This document shows, piece by piece, positions 28,291-38,611 of a DNA stretch of 64,000 nt (the first letter of the stretch is position 1; each line of letters opens with the position of its first letter). Origin of the DNA: a virus. Location: positions 4,251 through 68,250 of the IMG/VR virus record IMGVR_UViG_3300046684_000188. One strand, 5' to 3'. The translations under genes and the position numbers were made by a program. The notes below the pieces were generated by a model, which was not told the origin of the DNA, made no database searches, and saw nothing but the letters and a program-made list of their open reading frames with translations.

Positions 28291-28685
28291 TGCGAAGCAA
28301 AGAGCTAGACAACTACGAGACGCTATTGCCGAAGATGCACCCACTTGTCATGTGCGCTATGGAGGAACGCCTCGCGCGCAGGATGAAGGGTGACGAGCGG
28401 CCTTGGCGTAGACGCATGGGAGTTCATCCATTTCTGCAAATGAAGCTCGAAGAAGCTTTCCTCTACACGGACGAGGAGTGCGACCGGCTCGCGCACGATA
28501 TGGTCGTCTGGATGTTCCGCAACCAGATCAAAGAGGCTGTAGCAGTCGTCACCTTCGCGGATTCGGTCATTCAGCGGAGCATGGAAGTGACCAAGCAGCT
28601 CACCGAGGAGCAACTCGCCCTAGTAAAGAATGAGTTAGCTAAGACGGAGACCAAGATTCGCCGAACCTTCGGCGGTAGAGTGTAA
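28287..28685 (+). CDS. Hypothetical protein
   Basis: 132-aa ORF with ATGA coupling. Confidence 0.65.
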   Translation: MMRSKELDNYETLLPKMHPLVMCAMEERLARRMKGDERPWRRRMGVHPFLQMKLEEAFLYTDEECDRLAHDMVVWMFRNQIKEAVAVVTFADSVIQRSMEVTKQLTEEQLALVKNELAKTETKIRRTFGGRV

Positions 28686-28714
28686 TAACACGTAAATACA
28701 AGGAGCCTAAACCA

Positions 28715-28990
28715 GTGAACCCACAGACACCCGAGCACTTGAAGCCAAAAGAAGAGGACCAGCGCGGAACCCGCAAACTCATGCGCTGGCACTACAAGCC
28801 AGAGTTTCAAAAGCTCGAGAAGCCCACCAATCTGTTCGACGGATTTATCCGCTTCAGTGATCGTTCGCTCGTCGTCCACCGGGTAAGCGGAACGTTCTAC
28901 CGGCCCGAGCTTATCAACGTCCCGGGCGCGAACCGCAGCGAGAAGAAGGCGTTTCTTCGTGCGCAGAAGCGTCTAGCACGAGTCTCGTAA
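28715..28990 (+). CDS. Hypothetical basic protein
   Basis: GTG after AAGGAG. Confidence 0.6.
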   Translation: MNPQTPEHLKPKEEDQRGTRKLMRWHYKPEFQKLEKPTNLFDGFIRFSDRSLVVHRVSGTFYRPELINVPGANRSEKKAFLRAQKRLARVS

Positions 28991-29024
28991 CACACCAAAA
29001 TCGGCAATAGCGGCTAAAAGCCAA

Positions 29025-29071
29025 AATGCTATTCTCTCCCCGCATTTCGCGCCTAAACGAGTGCGGGGAGA
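29025..29071 (+). promoter_or_regulatory. Promoter motif plus RBS-sequestering hairpin
   Basis: AATGCTATTCTCTCC. TCTCCCCGCAT (29035-29045) pairs with GTGCGGGGAGA (29061-29071), which contains the SD. Confidence 0.65.
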
Positions 29072-29077
29072 CTTACG

Positions 29078-32000
29078 TTGGGACCATATCTCAGGACTGC
29101 TAGCCGTATCCTGCTCTTTTCAATGCTCTTCCTTTGCTCCTACGCAGCCGGAGCACAGGCCACCGTGACAGTGAGCGGTACGCACGTCTACGATAACCAA
29201 TTCAAGCTCCTCGCCAACGGTCAGCTCCTCTTTACCGTCACCGATACCAGCGACACGCCGATCACTTACACCCCGCAGGGTGGCTCCGCGACCACGGCAA
29301 CGATTGCTATCCCGGTCAAGAATGGCGCGGTTCAATATGTCGGAGGCTATCCTCCCACCATTCCGAACCCCGGGACCATGAGCCCGGCCAACACCCGCTA
29401 TCGGATGCAGGTTCAGACCGCGGGCGGCGCGTCGACGATCTACACCTTTCCGCTAGTCAACATCACCACCGCGAACTTCACCTACGACGGATACCGCGTC
29501 GACGCCAACGTAACAGCAACCGGCCAGGGTTATCCCACCATGGCTTGCTACGTGACGGCGCAGTACAACGACCTTTCGAACCCGGCGCCTTACCCTTACG
29601 TCTGCTCCCAGCTCTCGAACGATGGCACGATCGCATGGACGCAGAACCCCTCTCTCAACCCGATGTGCTCGAGCGGCAACAGTCAGGCGTTCGCGGTTCC
29701 CATCTCGCCAGCAGGAACGAATGGACCTCCGTACTGCGTTGCTGCGACACAGGCATACGCAACTCCCGGATACGTCTACGCTTCTCCTTCGATCAACGGC
29801 ACTACGCCCGGCCAAATTGGACTCATCCCCGTCTCCCAGCTTTGCGAAGGTGGAGGATGCGGAGGAGGCGGCGGGACCGGCGCTCTCATCGCTATCCCAG
29901 TATCCGGAGCAATCAACGGCTCCAATACCGACTTCACCCTCGCGCAGGTTCCCAACTCCCAGCTTCTCTTCATGCTGAACGGCCAGTACTTGATACCCGG
30001 AGTGGGATACACGCTGATTGGAACCTCACTCCATATCCTCGGACCCCCGCCCCAGACGGGTGACTTTCTAACGGCTATCTCGACGCAGGGCACCATCGCG
30101 GGCGTCGTCACTCAGATATCAGGATCTTCAGGAGCCATCAGCATCCATGGCTCCGGCGTCGTCCAGACGGGAAATGACTTCAACGTCTCGGGCGGAACGG
30201 GTTGCATTCCCGGAGGCACGGACAACTCCATCCTCTATAAGAACGCAACCAACTGTCCGGGCGCTCAAGCTCAGGTGGACCTGGCCGCGGACTCGACCGG
30301 AGGCTCCCTCTTCCAGCCGAAGATGGACAACACCGTATCCGACGACCTTGGCGCCATGGGTAACCGCTACTGGACCAACAACGGCGACTATCCGCAGCAG
30401 ACGCCGCACGTTAGCTACATGCAGCAGAACTTCATGTACGCTCGTCACGACTTCGGATCAACCTCGGCCAACCGTCTCGCCTACTATGGCACCAACCGAT
30501 ATCACCTTCCTGACAACACCGACCAGGGCGGCGACTCGGCGCTCCGATATGACAGCATCGAAGCCAGCTCCCCCGGACAGATTGGCGGAGCGTACAACCT
30601 ACAGATTCACGCCTACTCAACCGGCGACGTGGTCGGACACACGGACGTTGTCTCCGGACGAGCTGTTACAGAAGGTTTCGAAGAGGCGCTCGAGGCTTTC
30701 CGTATGTTCTATGGCATCGGCTGGGACACGGCACCGCACGGCGTTGTCACCTTTGGAACCCCCGACTACCTCGGCGACCCGGCTACCGACATAGCTTGCG
30801 GCAACGTCTGCGGCACGTTTGGAGAAAACAACTGGCTCATCAACACTTCCAAGAAGTTCGTTCCCTCCGGCAACATCGACTTCCTGACCTCGAGCACGCT
30901 CTTGGGTGGAAGTGTCGCGGCGATGCACCTCGACGCCGCTGCAGCAGCTTCGGCAACCGCGAAGTTCGGCTCGGCCTTCCACGTCGCCGCAGTCGTCTCC
31001 GGAGCTGATGATCGCCAGATATTCCTCCCCGGATGCCCCTCGGTCGTGACCGGCACCTACGGCTCAGACGATCCTTTCAACTCCACCGACGCGGTCGGCG
31101 GCGGGCTCCAGACGGCTAACCGCTGCGTCAACTTCAGAACGATCGACGACCTATCCTCGCTTGTCCCGAACGTTACGGTGGGCTGCTGGTGGGGACCGAG
31201 CGGCAATCACGAGTGCTCGAAGGTGTTAGCGGTAGACAATGCTAACCATCGCGCGGCCTTCTCTCTGCACTTCCCCCACAACCCGAACGAGATTTTCGTT
31301 TGGGGAGCTGGCGTAGGCTACGCCGCAACTGGACCCAAGGGCGTAGTTCCACGGCGAAGCTTCGACAATGGTGCAAGTTTTCAGGAAGAAACGCTCTACT
31401 TGACCTATCCCGTTATCGGATGGGACGCAACCAATTCACAACTCATGCTTTGGCCTAGCTACAACGCCGCGGCCTCGAACGAGATTCGCCTCCCGGTTTA
31501 CATGAACAATCATCCGTCCATCCCTGTAACGGTGAGCGGTACGGGTTCTGGCGGCTCCTTTACCTCGCTGGCGGCGACGACAGGCGGAAACTATGGGACG
31601 CAGAGCTTCTATACCGGCGCTCTCAGCTCCCTTCCTCCTCCCGACCTTAGCTTCAACTGCACAGTTGCACCAACCTACCGTTGGGACCCGGACCCGGCGC
31701 AGAACGTTCCCTCCTACGTCATCACCATGCTTACCGGAGGCTCGGGCTGCTCTAGCTTCACCGTCACGACGAAGAACACCTATGACAACCCAGTCTGGAT
31801 TTACCCGGCAACCCGCATGTTCAGGGTTCAGGATGTTCCATTCTGTAACGGTCTAACCCAGCACCAAACCAACTGCACCACCGGTCATAACATGCACTCC
31901 GATCCTCAGCCCAACCCCTCCGAGTGGACGAGCGGGGTTGACCAGGCGGCGGCGCAGATGGATACAGCGTCCTACGTCACTGGAAACGAGGAATACGCAG

Positions 32001-32983
32001 GCTCCCCAGCGGCGCAAGGATCAGGCCGAAACGGTCCAATGTTCACCCGTTCTGTGAAGTATCCGCAGAACGCGGGCGCGGGCGTGGGTGTGTGGTTCTA
32101 TGCCAACGGAACCCCGGGCTACTACTACTGGGGCACCGCGGCCTCGAACTGGATGCCGTACAAGATAGGCCAAGACCCGCAGACGGACGGAAGCAATCCC
32201 TACCTCGGGACCGGCATTCCTCCAACGTTTATGGGCGTAGGTGGGACTTGGGGCAACATCCTGCACGTAACCGACTGGGTATGGTCGAAGAACGCGGCGG
32301 GTAAGGTTGTGGGCGGCTCGATTATCTCGGTCGACTGCACCCACCCCGGCCAGGACGGCGAAGGCGCGGCTACACCCTGCCGCGACAGGAACATCGTTCC
32401 TCCTATCTCCCTCATCAGCGTCAACGCTCCGGACGGGCACTTCGCAGGAATCTCGGCCGACGCGGAAAACTTCACTGTCGACATTCACCCGAACCTCACG
32501 GTGAACGGAGCCAACGTCTGCAGGACGGACCCGGTCACTGGGTTGGTGTTGAGTGGATGCCCGACGATCAACGACTACACCATCACCATGACGGCGCCAC
32601 CGGTCAGCGTCACCAACGACCACTTCTATCAGGTGGGCTCTCTCCCGGTAGCGGTCGACACGCCGACCCCGGCTATCAACCAGTACTTCGTTCCCAAGGC
32701 TTGCAACGCTACCCGCGTCGACTTTACCCAGAACCAAATCTCCGGGACCGCTCCTTCGTCGGAAGGCGTTCAGGTAACCATCTGGCGGAACGGTGCGGCA
32801 CTCATCTCTCCGCTCAACTTCCCATGGAACGGCGCAAACACCAACCATCTCGTCCAGACATTCGCTCCCGTCGCGTTGGCTGCTGGCGACGCCCTTACTT
32901 ATCAATTCCGCACCCCGATATGGGCCAGCCCTCCCACCGGTCCCATCTCGACCACCGCAACTATCTACTGCTCCACACCGTAA
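29078..32983 (+). CDS. Large secreted tail-spike/adhesin-like protein (1301 aa)
   Basis: Signal ending YAAGA|Q. Virion-type motif SGAINGSNTDFTLA...LNGQYLIPG..YT. Many Cys, beta-rich. Confidence 0.7.
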   Translation: MGPYLRTASRILLFSMLFLCSYAAGAQATVTVSGTHVYDNQFKLLANGQLLFTVTDTSDTPITYTPQGGSATTATIAIPVKNGAVQYVGGYPPTIPNPGTMSPANTRYRMQVQTAGGASTIYTFPLVNITTANFTYDGYRVDANVTATGQGYPTMACYVTAQYNDLSNPAPYPYVCSQLSNDGTIAWTQNPSLNPMCSSGNSQAFAVPISPAGTNGPPYCVAATQAYATPGYVYASPSINGTTPGQIGLIPVSQLCEGGGCGGGGGTGALIAIPVSGAINGSNTDFTLAQVPNSQLLFMLNGQYLIPGVGYTLIGTSLHILGPPPQTGDFLTAISTQGTIAGVVTQISGSSGAISIHGSGVVQTGNDFNVSGGTGCIPGGTDNSILYKNATNCPGAQAQVDLAADSTGGSLFQPKMDNTVSDDLGAMGNRYWTNNGDYPQQTPHVSYMQQNFMYARHDFGSTSANRLAYYGTNRYHLPDNTDQGGDSALRYDSIEASSPGQIGGAYNLQIHAYSTGDVVGHTDVVSGRAVTEGFEEALEAFRMFYGIGWDTAPHGVVTFGTPDYLGDPATDIACGNVCGTFGENNWLINTSKKFVPSGNIDFLTSSTLLGGSVAAMHLDAAAAASATAKFGSAFHVAAVVSGADDRQIFLPGCPSVVTGTYGSDDPFNSTDAVGGGLQTANRCVNFRTIDDLSSLVPNVTVGCWWGPSGNHECSKVLAVDNANHRAAFSLHFPHNPNEIFVWGAGVGYAATGPKGVVPRRSFDNGASFQEETLYLTYPVIGWDATNSQLMLWPSYNAAASNEIRLPVYMNNHPSIPVTVSGTGSGGSFTSLAATTGGNYGTQSFYTGALSSLPPPDLSFNCTVAPTYRWDPDPAQNVPSYVITMLTGGSGCSSFTVTTKNTYDNPVWIYPATRMFRVQDVPFCNGLTQHQTNCTTGHNMHSDPQPNPSEWTSGVDQAAAQMDTASYVTGNEEYAGSPAAQGSGRNGPMFTRSVKYPQNAGAGVGVWFYANGTPGYYYWGTAASNWMPYKIGQDPQTDGSNPYLGTGIPPTFMGVGGTWGNILHVTDWVWSKNAAGKVVGGSIISVDCTHPGQDGEGAATPCRDRNIVPPISLISVNAPDGHFAGISADAENFTVDIHPNLTVNGANVCRTDPVTGLVLSGCPTINDYTITMTAPPVSVTNDHFYQVGSLPVAVDTPTPAINQYFVPKACNATRVDFTQNQISGTAPSSEGVQVTIWRNGAALISPLNFPWNGANTNHLVQTFAPVALAAGDALTYQFRTPIWASPPTGPISTTATIYCSTP

Positions 32984-32998
32984 AGGCGGTCTAAGACG

Positions 32999-34147
32999 AT
33001 GATCCGTAAGCTACTGCTCGTTCTCCTTCTCGCTCCAACGGCACTGGCGCAGAACCCTTTCAACCTGCAGACGCAGGTAAAGGGGCAACTCCCACCCTCG
33101 AATGGCGGCGTCGGCGCAACCCCGACTGCCGCCGACCAGGCTCCCGTATCCTCGAGCACAACCGCAGTAGCCTACAAGAACCTGCCCGACACCAACGCAG
33201 CTTCGGGGGCGCTCGGCTACAACAAGACGACCCATCAGTACTACACCGTATCCCTCTCAGGCGGCGGCATCCCTTACCCAGGCGGCTCGGGTATCCCGGT
33301 CGTCTCGGGTGGAGCTTCATGGGGCTCGACGGTCCCAGCTCCCGCGGGAACCATCGTTGGCACCTCTGACACCCAAACGCTTACCAACAAGACGGTCAAC
33401 GGCGTCACCCCTACGACCTTCGGGTATATCGACGCTACCTCGAGCATTCAGAGCCAACTCAACGGCAAGCAGGGAACCTTGACGCTCACGACGTCAGGAT
33501 CGAGCGGAGCGGCTACCCTCATCGGAACCGTTCTCAATATCCCCAACTACGCGGGCGGCGGCGGCGCAGCCTGCGGCACCGGAACGACCGGCTTCATCAT
33601 GCAGTGGACCGGGACCAATACCTGCGCCTCCGGCTTCATCGACTACAACGTTACCCGGGCAGGCGTTTACAGCTCGAGCAAAACCATCTATGCGCCGAGC
33701 TTCAACGGCACCGATGGCACGGTCAACAGCTACACCGAGTACGATCGCGCGACCTCTGGCGACGTCATGCCTCCCACGCCGGCAGCAGGCGGCGCGACCA
33801 CTACGGTAAGCGGCGGAAGACTGGCCAGCAAGGATGCAGCGGGCAACGTTTACCCCATCACCCTCACCATTGCAGCCAACTCTACGGCGCTCGGAACCTC
33901 GGTTATCTCCTCCGGAGCCTGCTCGAGCACAACGGCGACAGCCATAGGAACACTCTCCACCGACGCTTTCGAGTGGGTTCCAAATGGCTCCATCTCGGCT
34001 GTCACCGGCTATGTGCCGTCGACCTCGGGCGGGCTCTCCATCGCAGCGTACCCAGTCGCGGACGCGGTAAAGTTCGACGTCTGTAACTGGACAGGCGTAT
34101 CGCAGACCCCGGGAGCGGTGACGATCAATTGGAGGGTGATGCGGTGA
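32999..34147 (+). CDS. Tail-fibre-like protein with signal peptide
   Basis: MIRKLLLVLLLAPTALA|Q. Fibre-type motifs VGTSDTQTLTNKT and DATSSIQSQLNGKQ. Confidence 0.7.
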   Translation: MIRKLLLVLLLAPTALAQNPFNLQTQVKGQLPPSNGGVGATPTAADQAPVSSSTTAVAYKNLPDTNAASGALGYNKTTHQYYTVSLSGGGIPYPGGSGIPVVSGGASWGSTVPAPAGTIVGTSDTQTLTNKTVNGVTPTTFGYIDATSSIQSQLNGKQGTLTLTTSGSSGAATLIGTVLNIPNYAGGGGAACGTGTTGFIMQWTGTNTCASGFIDYNVTRAGVYSSSKTIYAPSFNGTDGTVNSYTEYDRATSGDVMPPTPAAGGATTTVSGGRLASKDAAGNVYPITLTIAANSTALGTSVISSGACSSTTATAIGTLSTDAFEWVPNGSISAVTGYVPSTSGGLSIAAYPVADAVKFDVCNWTGVSQTPGAVTINWRVMR

Positions 34148-34782
34148 AGATCCTTATCCCCCTTCTCCTGCTCCTCTTTCAGTACGCTCCCGCTGGGGGA
34201 CATAATCCCATCGGCGGCGGCGGCGCCTGCAACCTCAACCCGGGAACCTATACCAACATCATCTGTATCAACTTCAACTCCGACCCTATCGGAACCTTCT
34301 TCACGGCGGCTACGGTTGGTTCTTACGTGGGAGTCAAGGGAACGACCGGAGGAGCCGACTCGAGCCCGAGTAACAACTCCGGAATCGCCATTGACACCCT
34401 CAACACCTACAGCGCGGACCAGAAGGCCGCGATTGTCTCTCAGCTCGGCGTAGGGGGAACCCCGGGTGTCTCCGGTCCTATCGTCCGCGGCGACCTCTCC
34501 GGCAACGGCTACCTCTACATCATCAACCTCGGCCAGGTGTACAAGCTCACGGCGGGCTCTGGAAGCCTGATTGTTAGTGGATGCCCGGCTTCTGGAATCG
34601 GCACCTCGGGCGACGTCTACGAGATTCAAGTCGTTGGAACCACCATCACATGCCGCGACGTCACCCTTGGAACCTCGGCCAGTGGCACCGACGCCTCCTA
34701 CTCCGGAGGACGTCCCGGATTCCTTATCGACTCGGGAGGCGGTACACACCTCAACCTGATACCCAAGTTCGGAGCCTCGTAA
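34144..34782 (+). CDS. Secreted beta-sandwich/lectin-like protein
   Basis: GTG start after GGAGG. MKILIPLLLLLFQYAPAGG signal. Confidence 0.65.
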   Translation: MKILIPLLLLLFQYAPAGGHNPIGGGGACNLNPGTYTNIICINFNSDPIGTFFTAATVGSYVGVKGTTGGADSSPSNNSGIAIDTLNTYSADQKAAIVSQLGVGGTPGVSGPIVRGDLSGNGYLYIINLGQVYKLTAGSGSLIVSGCPASGIGTSGDVYEIQVVGTTITCRDVTLGTSASGTDASYSGGRPGFLIDSGGGTHLNLIPKFGAS

Positions 34783-37700
34783 ATGAAGAAGATTGGAACT
34801 GTTGCACTCCTTTGGACGTTGGCCGCTCTCGGATTCGCGCAGGCACGTCCAGCCATCACCAACCAGCAACAGGTGTACGCTCTCCCCACCTCCGCATTCG
34901 GGTATCAACCCATCGTCATGCCGGGATCGACGCGCACGATTCCCGTACTGACGTGGTGCGCCAACCTGCAGGTTACGGCCTATCAGGCGAGCCCATCCGG
35001 TACGACGATGACGGCGACTGCACACGGTCTGTCCATCGGAGACGTTCTCTACGCGCAGGGATTCTTCTCTTCGCCGATGGCTTTCCACGTCGCGCAGCCC
35101 ATCACGGTTACGGGCATCGTCGACGCCAACCATTTCATCGTCAACGTCAACGATTCCGACACCACGCCGCAGACCGAGGGCCAGGCGACTGTCAACAAGA
35201 ACAGCGGAACCAACTGCAGCGGCAAAATCAAGTGGGAGATAGTCAACACCGGGACCAACACCACCGAGACTTACAAGCTCCAGTCCATCGACGGCACACA
35301 GGACACCGGCTTCGTCTCCGCGCCCGTCATAACGTCGACCACTGGCGTAGTCCGGTTCACGATTGGACCCGTAGAAGGCACCGGCTCATGGACCGGAGAC
35401 ACCTTCCTCGGGACGTTCGCGCTCAACTCCACGGTAAAGTTCGCGCTCAAGGCGACCTCTGTAGACGACCCAACCAAGTCTGTCACTATGACGTATCTGG
35501 TCGCAGCCAACGGCGGAGGCTATGCCGGGCTCCATGGCAAAGCCTTTGCGCTTCCGGGATACCGCACGATCTATAAGAACCGCTACGTCCCACTCGTCGC
35601 GCAAGTGAGGGGCAATGTCAACCAAATGGTCAACTGGACCATTGAATCGGCTCCCGCGGGCGGAGACGCGACGTTACAGTTTGCAACCTACCCGCAAGCC
35701 GTACTCTACTCCGGCACCGTCTCCGGACTCTACCGATTCAAAGCCTGCCCCGCGGTCGACTCCAGCCCTAGCGCGTGCGCCCATGTGAGTGTATGGGTCT
35801 CCGCCAGCTCTCCACCGACCCAGAACACGGACAGGGTTGAGCAAGTGCCATGTGATACCGGAGCTGGATCCACGGTGATGGGCGTGACCTGGGGGAGCAT
35901 CCTCGATATCGGAAAGCCCGGAAGCCCCACTCCTGACCTTCTCAGCATCCCGATTACCCCAACCGGTCCCGTCCTTCTCCGCCTCTGGAACAATGACACG
36001 GTAGGCGGAAACCCCACCGCGTACCACAATCAGGTGCAATTCAATAAGCCGACGGGTGGACCTTTCACCGACCAACGCCCGGCCTTCCTCATGTGCGGAG
36101 TAGCGAACCAGACCACCGGCGAGCTTCCCGTCATCGACGCGGACCATGCAACCTACAACTCATGGGCGTCTCAATATGTCATCGGTCCTTACAACGTCTT
36201 CGGGATCATAGACACCACTGGGCAGCTTTACCCCACCGGTCAGACGCAGCCCTTCTCGTACATCGCTATCGAAGGAATCCACATCCGGAACGTCAACCAG
36301 GGCTACGTCTACTACTCCGTACAGGATGGGACGCTGCAGCCGTGGGGCGAGGCGACGGGAATAAAGCCGATCAACGCCATTCAGAACTACTCGATGATTG
36401 GCAACCGGCTTGAAAGAGTCTCCAACGGAATCTTCGACGACTGTAACAGTCAAAACAACGGTGTCTCACACTGCGTCCTCGACACCTTCTCCGAAGGAAA
36501 CCATCTCTCAGACTACGGCTACCCGACCACCTTCACGGCACACGCTTTCTACAAGCAGGCGCTAGGGAGTTGGGACGGTCTGAACCTGCTCGATGGAGCT
36601 ATTTCGGGCTCCCTCGGTACGGGAATGTACTCCGACCGTGGAACGCGCAGCTTCCATATGTACAGTCGGTTCGTCACCAACGACGCCAACCGTCAGGGCT
36701 CAGTTATCGGCGGGCACTCCGAGAATCAGGACGCTTATAACTTCCTGAACGCTGACGAGTACTGGGGATTGAACGGGAACGGGAACTGCGGAACCTACTA
36801 CTCTGTGTCTCCAGCCTGTCAGGCGATTCACGATGGATCGACGAATCTAAACTGGTTCGACTACTACGCCGCTCTAGTCGAAGAGCACAACCGCACCGAC
36901 TTCCTCATCGGAAACGCTATCTCTGTCCCGAACGTCTATAAGTCGCTCGGAATCGAGATGACGCACTCTTTCTGGTCCTATCAGCCTTACTTTGTGGGGG
37001 GATGGAACAGGGAATGGTTCCCGGAGAACCTGTCCCAGAACTACTTCATTACCTATAACACGCTCGAGTACGCCAACCCGTCTTCGGTCCAGTCCGGACA
37101 GAACCTACTCGTAGAAGACACCCGCTTGCTCGTTCAAGACGTCGGAGAGACTGTCTCGTATCTCATGCAGCCTCAGTACTACCCGGAAGTCTACATGCAG
37201 AACAACATCATCCCCATGGCCAAGCAGACGTTTTGCGACTATGGATGCAATCTGCTGAACGTCAACGCCCACCAAATCTCGCACTACACCACAAATATGT
37301 TCGGCGGGATTGTGACTCCTGCCGGCAACTTCGACTCCAACCCGAACGCCTTCTCAACCAACGGTTGGTTCCTTATCCCGCACTTTTCCGACTGGGGCAA
37401 TATCAACCCTATCGTTGGCTCTGGCGGGCACGTTACCGGATGGACCGCTCCCAACTTCCTCACCTACTCAAGCTATCCGATTCAGCAACCCTCGCTCGTT
37501 CCACCGTTCACTTCCCCCGCGGTCGGAGCTGCAAGCGCGTGCCAGGGCGAAACCTGCTACTACCCTCCTCGCTTCAACGCGGTCGACCCGCTGATGAGCC
37601 CGTTTACCCTACGGACGGACCTTACGACGTTGGGCGCCTACGATCCGAACGGAGGACCAACTCTCTCGTTTATCACCGTGACACCCAGCCCCATGAGCGT

Positions 37701-37986
37701 TGTGGTGGGAGCATTCGGCCAGCTCACGGCAACCTGCACCTACTCCGATTCATCTGTAAGCAACTGCACGGCGGTAGCAGTCTGGTCTAACACTGGAAGC
37801 GCCTTCCACATGGACAGTGGAATACCCGGCCAGGTGGACGCGGACTCTATCGGCTCCGGAACCGCGACTGCAACTATTGGCGCTATCCACGGAAATGCTA
37901 CGGTAAATGTGATTGCAGCTCCGCCGCATATCCCCATGGGAGGACCGATCAAGGATGGTGGACCGTTCAAGATTGTGTTCCATTGA
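34783..37986 (+). CDS. Large secreted protein with Ig-like (Big_2-type) domains and central beta-helix-like region
   Basis: Signal MKKIGTVALLWTLAALGFA|Q. C-terminal ITVTPSP.SV.VG...QLTAT.TYSD...W Ig motif. Confidence 0.72.
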   Translation: MKKIGTVALLWTLAALGFAQARPAITNQQQVYALPTSAFGYQPIVMPGSTRTIPVLTWCANLQVTAYQASPSGTTMTATAHGLSIGDVLYAQGFFSSPMAFHVAQPITVTGIVDANHFIVNVNDSDTTPQTEGQATVNKNSGTNCSGKIKWEIVNTGTNTTETYKLQSIDGTQDTGFVSAPVITSTTGVVRFTIGPVEGTGSWTGDTFLGTFALNSTVKFALKATSVDDPTKSVTMTYLVAANGGGYAGLHGKAFALPGYRTIYKNRYVPLVAQVRGNVNQMVNWTIESAPAGGDATLQFATYPQAVLYSGTVSGLYRFKACPAVDSSPSACAHVSVWVSASSPPTQNTDRVEQVPCDTGAGSTVMGVTWGSILDIGKPGSPTPDLLSIPITPTGPVLLRLWNNDTVGGNPTAYHNQVQFNKPTGGPFTDQRPAFLMCGVANQTTGELPVIDADHATYNSWASQYVIGPYNVFGIIDTTGQLYPTGQTQPFSYIAIEGIHIRNVNQGYVYYSVQDGTLQPWGEATGIKPINAIQNYSMIGNRLERVSNGIFDDCNSQNNGVSHCVLDTFSEGNHLSDYGYPTTFTAHAFYKQALGSWDGLNLLDGAISGSLGTGMYSDRGTRSFHMYSRFVTNDANRQGSVIGGHSENQDAYNFLNADEYWGLNGNGNCGTYYSVSPACQAIHDGSTNLNWFDYYAALVEEHNRTDFLIGNAISVPNVYKSLGIEMTHSFWSYQPYFVGGWNREWFPENLSQNYFITYNTLEYANPSSVQSGQNLLVEDTRLLVQDVGETVSYLMQPQYYPEVYMQNNIIPMAKQTFCDYGCNLLNVNAHQISHYTTNMFGGIVTPAGNFDSNPNAFSTNGWFLIPHFSDWGNINPIVGSGGHVTGWTAPNFLTYSSYPIQQPSLVPPFTSPAVGAASACQGETCYYPPRFNAVDPLMSPFTLRTDLTTLGAYDPNGGPTLSFITVTPSPMSVVVGAFGQLTATCTYSDSSVSNCTAVAVWSNTGSAFHMDSGIPGQVDADSIGSGTATATIGAIHGNATVNVIAAPPHIPMGGPIKDGGPFKIVFH

Positions 37987-38117
37987 CGTACCTGATTCAA
38001 TTCGCAGAGAACTGCCGCGGTTAATAGACCCGAACGCTAACTAAAACCCCCGGCTTCACGACTTAGACCAGAGCACCATCTAACCAGTTACGGAGCCGGA
38101 GAGGAGCAGTTAGCGCG

Positions 38118-38576
38118 ATGGAAAAGAAAGACGTGGAGGAGCTAGTGTCAACCATCGTTACCGCGAGGTTCAAGGATTTCAAAGCGCACCTAGATTTGGA
38201 ACTGGCACCATTCAAGCTCACCGTCCAAGGACTCGAGAAGCAACTCGTAGAAGTCCGGACAGCTAACTCCGCCACTGCATCCGGTATCTCGAGAATCGAG
38301 GGGCGTATAGAAGCCTCTGAAGAGATCCGGGACAACTACCACCGGCAGAACCTCCAAGCCCGCGAGGAGGATCGAACGATATGGATGAACCTTCTCAGTA
38401 AAGTTGAGTCTCATCTCGGCGAGCACATCGGCCAGGACAAGCACGAAGAGAAAACCATTGACGGGCAAGAGCGTAAGAAGGACAACGTCCGCAAAACCAT
38501 CGTAGCTGTTGCGAGTATTGCGGGCTCCGCGGGCGCTCTCAAGTGGCTCTCACAGCATTTCCACTGGCATTTTTAG
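38118..38576 (+). CDS. Coiled-coil protein with C-terminal membrane anchor (lysis/holin region)
   Basis: SD GAGGAG, heptad region, terminal hydrophobic segment. Confidence 0.55.
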   Translation: MEKKDVEELVSTIVTARFKDFKAHLDLELAPFKLTVQGLEKQLVEVRTANSATASGISRIEGRIEASEEIRDNYHRQNLQAREEDRTIWMNLLSKVESHLGEHIGQDKHEEKTIDGQERKKDNVRKTIVAVASIAGSAGALKWLSQHFHWHF

Positions 38577-38581
38577 GGCGA

Positions 38582-38611
38582 AATGCTATCCTTCCGGCGC
38601 TTACCGGGAGG
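38582..38611 (+). promoter_or_regulatory. Promoter motif variant plus RBS-sequestering hairpin
   Basis: AATGCTATCCTTCC. CTTCCGG-cgctta-CCGGGAG covers the SD of the 38619 gene. Confidence 0.55.

Noticed and set aside
22666-37986. Diversity-generating retroelement acting on the fibre genes
   Set aside because: No reverse transcriptase and no template/variable repeat pair differing at adenines was seen.
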